A stretch of 32,000 nucleotides of DNA from an uncultured bacterium (GTDB lineage Bacteria; Auribacterota; JACPWU01), in assembly GCA_964640155.1 (NCBI GenBank), contig CAZXEQ010000004.1, positions 60,001 through 92,000 on the forward strand. The letters are read 5' to 3'. Both the position numbers and the translations under genes were made by a program. Below the pieces are notes generated by a model. That model saw nothing but the letters and a program-made list of their open reading frames with translations. It was not told the DNA's origin and did no database searches. The first letter of the stretch is position 1. Each line of letters starts with the position of its first letter. This document shows, piece by piece, positions 27,183-32,000 of this stretch.

Positions 27183-27559
27183 AATTCGACGTGGCAAGTT
27201 TAAAATACGATAAAGATGGATTGATTCCTGTGGTGGTACAAGATGTTAAGACTTTGGAAGTTCTCATGGTTGCGTATATGAATGTAGATGCGGTTCGTCA
27301 AACATTGAAAGACGGCAAGACCTCCTTTTGGAGCCGTTCTCGTCAAAAGTATTGGCTCAAAGGTGAAACCTCAGGCCATTTCCAACATGTAAAATCTGTC
27401 TGTTATGACTGCGATAAAGATACCCTTTTGATTAAAGTCGAACAAATTGGTGGGGCTTGTCATGACGGTTTTAAATCTTGTTTTTATACCGAATTAAAAG
27501 ATGGCGAAACACATGTCATCGGTGAAAAAGTTTTTGATCCGGCTAAAACATATAAATAA
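27179..27559 (+). CDS. hisI: Phosphoribosyl-AMP cyclohydrolase (HisI domain only, no HisE fusion)
   Basis: 126 aa with [32 protein letters not shown] and [18 protein letters not shown]. Confidence 0.9.
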   Translation: MKFDVASLKYDKDGLIPVVVQDVKTLEVLMVAYMNVDAVRQTLKDGKTSFWSRSRQKYWLKGETSGHFQHVKSVCYDCDKDTLLIKVEQIGGACHDGFKSCFYTELKDGETHVIGEKVFDPAKTYK

Positions 27560-27585
27560 CATGCGTCACGCGTAACGGTATTTTT

Positions 27586-29088
27586 ATGATTCATCCTACA
27601 GAAAAAGAGTTTTTTGAAAAAGCCAAGCAAGGTAATGTCATTCCCGTTGTAAAGGAAATTCTTGCCGATGCTCAGACGCCTATTTCTGCCTATATCAGAG
27701 TGGCTCAAGGGGAGTATTCTTTTCTTTTGGAAAGCGTGGAAGGAAATGAACGCGTGGGGCGGTTTTCTTTTTTAGGGAGTTCTCCACGCTGGATTTTTTC
27801 GAGCAAAGGAAACAAAATCACTTTTCAAGAAGGCAAAAAAAGAAAAAGCTTTCAATCAGATGACGCTTTGGCTGAATTAAAAAAACTCTTTACGGATTAT
27901 CAAGTCGTCAAAGATGCAAGTTTGCCTAGATTTTTTGGTGGAGCTGTGGGATATGTGGGTTATGGAGCTGTACAGCAATTTGAAAAGATTCCCCAAAATA
28001 AAAAAGATGATTTAAATCTTCCAGACCTTTATTTCTTTCTAGCCGATACACTCATTGCTTTTGATCATGTAGAACATCGCATTAAAATTATTGCAAACGC
28101 TTTTGTAAATCAAAAAGGTGCTTTAAGCGCTTATCGAGATGCTTTGAAGAGAATTGAAAAAATTGAGAAGTCTTTGTCAAAGGTCAAACAGCTTTCATCG
28201 ATGGAATGGGTCAATAGTGAAGCGGATATGAATCATTTAAATATCACTTCTAATTGTTCTCAAGATGAATTTGAAAAATCAGTTGAACATGCTAAAGAAT
28301 ACATAAAATCTGGAGACATTTTCCAGGTTGTACTGTCACAGCGCTTTTGTTTGAAACGAAAACTTGATCCAGTGAAACTTTATCGTGCGCTAAGATCTGT
28401 GAATCCGTCTCCCTACATGTTTCTACTGAAATTTAAAGATTTTTATTTAGTTGGAACCTCTCCTGAAATTCATGTGCGATGTGAAGATGGGAAAGTGGAG
28501 CTTAGGCCTATTGCAGGTACAAGGCGTCGCGGAAAAACAGTTGAAGAAGATGCTCGACTGCAAAAAGAACTTCTGAATGACCCTAAAGAGAGGGCTGAGC
28601 ATTTGATGCTGGTTGATTTGGGACGTAATGATCTGGGACGCGTTTGTGAATATGCAACTGTAAAGGTCCCTGAATTGATGGTCATTGAGAAATATTCTCA
28701 TGTGATGCATATTGTTTCAGATGTTGTTGGAAATTTAGCCCATGACAAAGATGCTTTAGATGTTTTACGTGCGACATTTCCTGCAGGAACTGTGTCAGGG
28801 GCTCCTAAAATCCGAGCGATGCAGATTATAGAAGAGCTTGAAAAAAATCATCGTGGAACTTATGCCGGAGCTATTGGCTATTATAGCTTTTCTGGCGATT
28901 TAGACTCTTGTATTGCCATTCGAACCATTCTTCTTAAAAAGGGAGTTGCTTATATTCAGGCAGGAGCAGGGATTGTTGCAGACTCTGTACCTGCACAGGA
29001 ATATCAAGAAACAGTGAATAAAGTAAGAGGGATGATGAAAGCGATTGCTGTGGTTGAAGGACAAAATCAGAAAGCCCGGAAGGCGTAA
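27586..29088 (+). CDS. trpE: Anthranilate synthase component I
   Basis: Contains [47 protein letters not shown] and [15 protein letters not shown]. Confidence 0.94.
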   Translation: MIHPTEKEFFEKAKQGNVIPVVKEILADAQTPISAYIRVAQGEYSFLLESVEGNERVGRFSFLGSSPRWIFSSKGNKITFQEGKKRKSFQSDDALAELKKLFTDYQVVKDASLPRFFGGAVGYVGYGAVQQFEKIPQNKKDDLNLPDLYFFLADTLIAFDHVEHRIKIIANAFVNQKGALSAYRDALKRIEKIEKSLSKVKQLSSMEWVNSEADMNHLNITSNCSQDEFEKSVEHAKEYIKSGDIFQVVLSQRFCLKRKLDPVKLYRALRSVNPSPYMFLLKFKDFYLVGTSPEIHVRCEDGKVELRPIAGTRRRGKTVEEDARLQKELLNDPKERAEHLMLVDLGRNDLGRVCEYATVKVPELMVIEKYSHVMHIVSDVVGNLAHDKDALDVLRATFPAGTVSGAPKIRAMQIIEELEKNHRGTYAGAIGYYSFSGDLDSCIAIRTILLKKGVAYIQAGAGIVADSVPAQEYQETVNKVRGMMKAIAVVEGQNQKARKA

Positions 29089-29089
29089 A

Positions 29090-29686
29090 ATGGAGAAACC
29101 CGTGGGACAAAAAAATTCTCTGTTAGTTATCGACAATTATGATTCTTTTACCTATAACCTCGTTCAATATTTTGGGGAGTTAGGGGAAGAACCTGTTGTT
29201 TTTCGTAATGATGAGATTTCCATTGCTCAAATTCAGGAAATGAATCCTAAAAAAATTGTTATTTCTCCTGGACCCTGTACTCCAAAAGAGGCTGGCATTT
29301 CCAATGATGTGATTCGTTCTTTTGAAGGTAAAACACCGATTTTAGGTGTTTGTTTGGGGCATCAATGCATTGGCTATGTTTATGGTGGAGAGATTGTGCG
29401 AGCTCCTCGATTGATGCATGGAAAGACTTCAATGGTTCATCATAATAATAAAGATATTTTTCAAGGACTTGAAAATCCATTTGAAGCAACACGTTACCAT
29501 TCGTTGGTAATACAGCCTGAATCAGTCCCTGAAGTGCTTGAAGTGATGGCTAAAACAGATCAAGATGAAATTATGGCAGTTCGTCATCGAAAATTTCCGA
29601 TTTGGGGTGTTCAGTTTCATCCAGAATCCATTTTGACAAAAGAAGGCAAAAAACTACTTAAGAATTTTCTAAAAATGAGAGCTTAA
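29090..29686 (+). CDS. trpG: Anthranilate synthase component II (glutamine amidotransferase)
   Basis: Contains [24 protein letters not shown] and VQFHPES. I chose ATG 29090, 1 nt after the trpE stop, rather than the track's 29045, which lies inside trpE. Confidence 0.92.
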   Translation: MEKPVGQKNSLLVIDNYDSFTYNLVQYFGELGEEPVVFRNDEISIAQIQEMNPKKIVISPGPCTPKEAGISNDVIRSFEGKTPILGVCLGHQCIGYVYGGEIVRAPRLMHGKTSMVHHNNKDIFQGLENPFEATRYHSLVIQPESVPEVLEVMAKTDQDEIMAVRHRKFPIWGVQFHPESILTKEGKKLLKNFLKMRA

Positions 29687-30700
29687 ATGTTATTCAAAGA
29701 AACCTTAGAAAAAATAATACAGCATCATTCGCTTTCCTTTAGTGAAGCAACTTCTTTAATGGAAGAAATGATGAGCGGGAAACTCACATCTGCTCAAATT
29801 GCAGCATTCTTAATTGCATTGCGCATGAAGACTGAAACGGTGGATGAAATTGCTGGCTTTGCAACTGTGATGAAGAAATGGGTACGTGTGATACATGCAA
29901 AGCCTGCCATGGTTGTTGATACTTGTGGGACAGGTGGAGATGGGGCAAAGACATTTAATATTTCAACTACAGCGGCGTTTGTCATTGCAGGAGCGGGGAT
30001 TCCTGTTGCTAAACATGGAAATGTTGCTGTTTCAAGCCAATGCGGAAGTGCAGATCTTTTGAAGTCTTTAGGAGTCAAAATAGATGTAGATCGCTTAGTG
30101 ATGGAAAGAGCTTTAAACGAAATAGGAATTTGTTTTCTATTTGCGCCTCTTTTTCATCATGCCATGATGCATGCAGCTCTCCCCAGGCGAGAGATTGGTG
30201 TACGTACCGTATTTAACATTTTAGGACCTTTAACAAACCCTGCAGGGGCAAAAGCTCAGGTTGTGGGTGTTTATCGCAAAGAATTGACGGATTTGATGGC
30301 CCATGTTCTTGTAAAACTGGGAGTATCCCGAGCTTTTGTCGTACACGGTTCAGATGGTTTAGATGAAGTGACTACGACAGGAAAAACATTTGTTTCTGAA
30401 GTAAAAAATGGAGAGGTTTCTTCTTTTGTGTTTGAACCTCAATCCCTAGGAATCTCAAAAGCTACTTCTTCTGATTTAAAAGGAGGAGATATAAAACATC
30501 ATACAGCTATTACAAAATCGATTTTAGAAGGTGAAAAAGGACCCGAGCGAGATGTTGTTTTATTGAATGCTGCATTTGGGATTGTAGCAGGAGGAGCTGC
30601 TTCAGATTTAAAAATTGGGTTAAAAAAGGCTATCGAATCGCTAGATTCTGGAATGGCAAGAAAGAAATTGGAAGAGTTGATAGAATATACGGCCAGTTAA
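29687..30700 (+). CDS. trpD: Anthranilate phosphoribosyltransferase
   Basis: Contains DTCGTGGDG, NISTTAAFV and KHGN.AVSS..GSADLL. Confidence 0.93.
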   Translation: MLFKETLEKIIQHHSLSFSEATSLMEEMMSGKLTSAQIAAFLIALRMKTETVDEIAGFATVMKKWVRVIHAKPAMVVDTCGTGGDGAKTFNISTTAAFVIAGAGIPVAKHGNVAVSSQCGSADLLKSLGVKIDVDRLVMERALNEIGICFLFAPLFHHAMMHAALPRREIGVRTVFNILGPLTNPAGAKAQVVGVYRKELTDLMAHVLVKLGVSRAFVVHGSDGLDEVTTTGKTFVSEVKNGEVSSFVFEPQSLGISKATSSDLKGGDIKHHTAITKSILEGEKGPERDVVLLNAAFGIVAGGAASDLKIGLKKAIESLDSGMARKKLEELIEYTAS

Positions 30701-31494
30701 TGAAAAACATATTATTTCTAGATGAAATTCTTGCGTTCAAAAAACAAGAGGTAGAACAAAGAAAAAAGAACTTTCCTCTAGAAGATCTATTAGAAAAAGC
30801 TTCTCATCAAAAAATTTCTTCCATATCTACTTTTCATGAAGCCATACAAAGAAAGGGGAACGAGCCTTTACATTTTATTGCAGAAATCAAAAAGGCTTCT
30901 CCTTCAAAAGGAGTTTTAAGAGAATCCTTTGATCCAGAAAAGATCGCACAAATTTATGAGCAAAATGGAGCTCATGCAATTTCTGTTTTGACAGACGAAA
31001 AATTTTTTCAGGGTCATTTAGAGTATTTGCAAAAAGTATCTCGAACAGTAAATTTACCTGTTCTAAGGAAGGATTTTATTATTGATGCCTATCAAATTGA
31101 AGAAGCTAAAGCATATGGTGCAAAAGCTATCCTTTTAATTATTGCTGCACTTGATCAAAAGCTTCTTTCCAAGTTGATGCTTAAAGCAAAATCAGTTGGT
31201 TTATCAGTCCTTGTAGAAGTTCATGATGAAGAAGAACTTCAAAAGGCGCTTGATGCAGGCTCTGAAATTATTGGAATTAATAATCGAGATTTAAAAACAT
31301 TTAAAGTTGATTTAGAAGTTTGTGAACGTTTGCGTCCTAAAATTCCTTCAAATGTGACAGTGGTTGTTGAAAGTGGCTTAATGAATAGAGAGGACATCTT
31401 GCGGGTAGAAAAACTAAATGTAGATGCTGTATTAATTGGAGAAGCATTCATGCGGTCTGAAGATATTGCGTCCAAAATGCGAGAAATATTCTAG
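30700..31494 (+). CDS. trpC: Indole-3-glycerol phosphate synthase
   Basis: Contains IAEIKKASPSKG, ISVLTDEKFFQG, LRKDFIID, VEVHDEEE, GINNRDL and ESG. Its start shares the TAATG junction with the trpD stop. Confidence 0.93.
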   Translation: MKNILFLDEILAFKKQEVEQRKKNFPLEDLLEKASHQKISSISTFHEAIQRKGNEPLHFIAEIKKASPSKGVLRESFDPEKIAQIYEQNGAHAISVLTDEKFFQGHLEYLQKVSRTVNLPVLRKDFIIDAYQIEEAKAYGAKAILLIIAALDQKLLSKLMLKAKSVGLSVLVEVHDEEELQKALDAGSEIIGINNRDLKTFKVDLEVCERLRPKIPSNVTVVVESGLMNREDILRVEKLNVDAVLIGEAFMRSEDIASKMREIF

Positions 31495-31502
31495 GTTTTT
31501 AT

Positions 31503-32000
31503 ATGGTCAAAGTAAAAATTTGTGGCATTACAAATCTTGAAGATGCTTTAGCGTCTGTGCATGCAGGAGCAGACGCTTTGGGCTTTAATTTTTATTCCAA
31601 AAGCCCTCGATTTATTTTGCCTGCAAAGGCTCAAAAAATAATTCAGAGTCTTCCGCCTTTTATTTCAAAAGTTGGAATTTTTGTGAATGAATCTAAAGAA
31701 AATATTTTAAAGATCATTAAAGAAATCGACTTGGATTTTTTACAATTTCACGCAGATGAGAGTCCTGCAGATTGTGAAGGCTTTAATATTCCTGTGATTA
31801 AAGCTTTTTCAATTAAGAATGACTTAGAAAGTGCTAGGAGATATCATGCTGTTTCGGCTATTCTCCTTGATACGCCTCATGATGGAAATTATGGAGGAAC
31901 AGGTCGTATTTTTGATTGGAGTTTGGTTCAACCCTTTAAAGAAATAGGTAAACCTCTTATTTTGTCAGGTGGGTTAACCATTCAGAATGTTGAACAAGCT
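31503..32000 (+). CDS. trpF: Phosphoribosylanthranilate isomerase (3'-truncated by window edge)
   Basis: My own translation from ATG 31503 is open to the window end: MVKVKICGITNLEDALASVHAGADALGFNFYSKSPRF...LLDTPHDGNYGGTGRIFDW...LILSGGL. It is missing from the ORF track because it has no stop codon in the window. Confidence 0.88.
   Translation, partial: MVKVKICGITNLEDALASVHAGADALGFNFYSKSPRFILPAKAQKIIQSLPPFISKVGIFVNESKENILKIIKEIDLDFLQFHADESPADCEGFNIPVIKAFSIKNDLESARRYHAVSAILLDTPHDGNYGGTGRIFDWSLVQPFKEIGKPLILSGGLTIQNVEQA

Noticed and set aside
623-31475. The many 60-190 aa ORFs in the track that lie antisense to, or out of frame within, the large genes. Examples: 683..976 -, 2382..2615 -, 3281..3769 -, 3880..4443 -, 6372..6701 -, 9163..9396 -, 17245..17502 -, 26851..27132 -, 28447..28710 -, 29794..30078 -.
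   Set aside because: Each is fully embedded in a gene with unambiguous conserved enzyme motifs. They have no SD and low-complexity or odd composition, and are typical shadow ORFs of an AT-rich genome.
1-32000. Screen for CRISPR arrays, tRNA or rRNA genes, IS elements or transposases, integrases, toxin-antitoxin pairs and known defence-system signatures.
   Set aside because: I saw no regularly spaced repeats, cloverleaf-like intergenic sequences, DDE or tyrosine-recombinase motifs, or small paired ORFs. The intergenic space is short and is accounted for by the promoters, leaders and terminators listed above.

Overview
AT-rich, almost fully coding bacterial chromosomal window with nearly every gene on the + strand. 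It is mostly core biosynthesis. In order: (1) the 3' part of an H+-translocating pyrophosphatase with the K+-independent GNTTKA signature. (2) A complete de novo pyrimidine supraoperon, pyrR-pyrB-pyrC-carA-(HhH-GPD glycosylase-like gene)-carB-pyrK-pyrD-pyrF-pyrE. It is preceded by a recognisable PyrR-binding hairpin, a short leader ORF and an intrinsic terminator. (3) yicC-gmk-coaC-coaB. (4) The only accessory-looking segment (about 15.3-22.0 kb): a six-TM histidine kinase, a sigma-54-dependent NtrC-type response regulator, two tandem type IV pilin-like genes each behind a GG-N10-GC sigma-54 promoter, a Wzy_C (O-antigen ligase / O-oligosaccharyltransferase-like) membrane protein with C-terminal TPRs, and a convergent secreted protein with an Ala/Pro-rich tail. 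(5) hisD-C-B-H-A-F-I joined with only a 26-nt gap to trpE-G-D-C-F (trpF runs off the window). I found no rRNA, tRNA, CRISPR array, transposase, phage or known defence genes. The best candidate system is the PilS/PilR-like sigma-54 circuit plus the short pilin-like paralogs plus the adjacent Wzy_C-TPR protein, which may form a pilin O-glycosylation module. This rests on analogy and motifs, not on any search. Two cis-RNA features in the pyr operon also deserve checking: a PyrR hairpin that overlaps the SD of a leader ORF, and a long-range helix that sequesters the carA SD. The pilin style ([10 protein letters not shown]-terminus, C-terminal DGH motif) suggests a PVC-superphylum-like or candidate-phylum organism, but I cannot establish taxonomy from the sequence alone.
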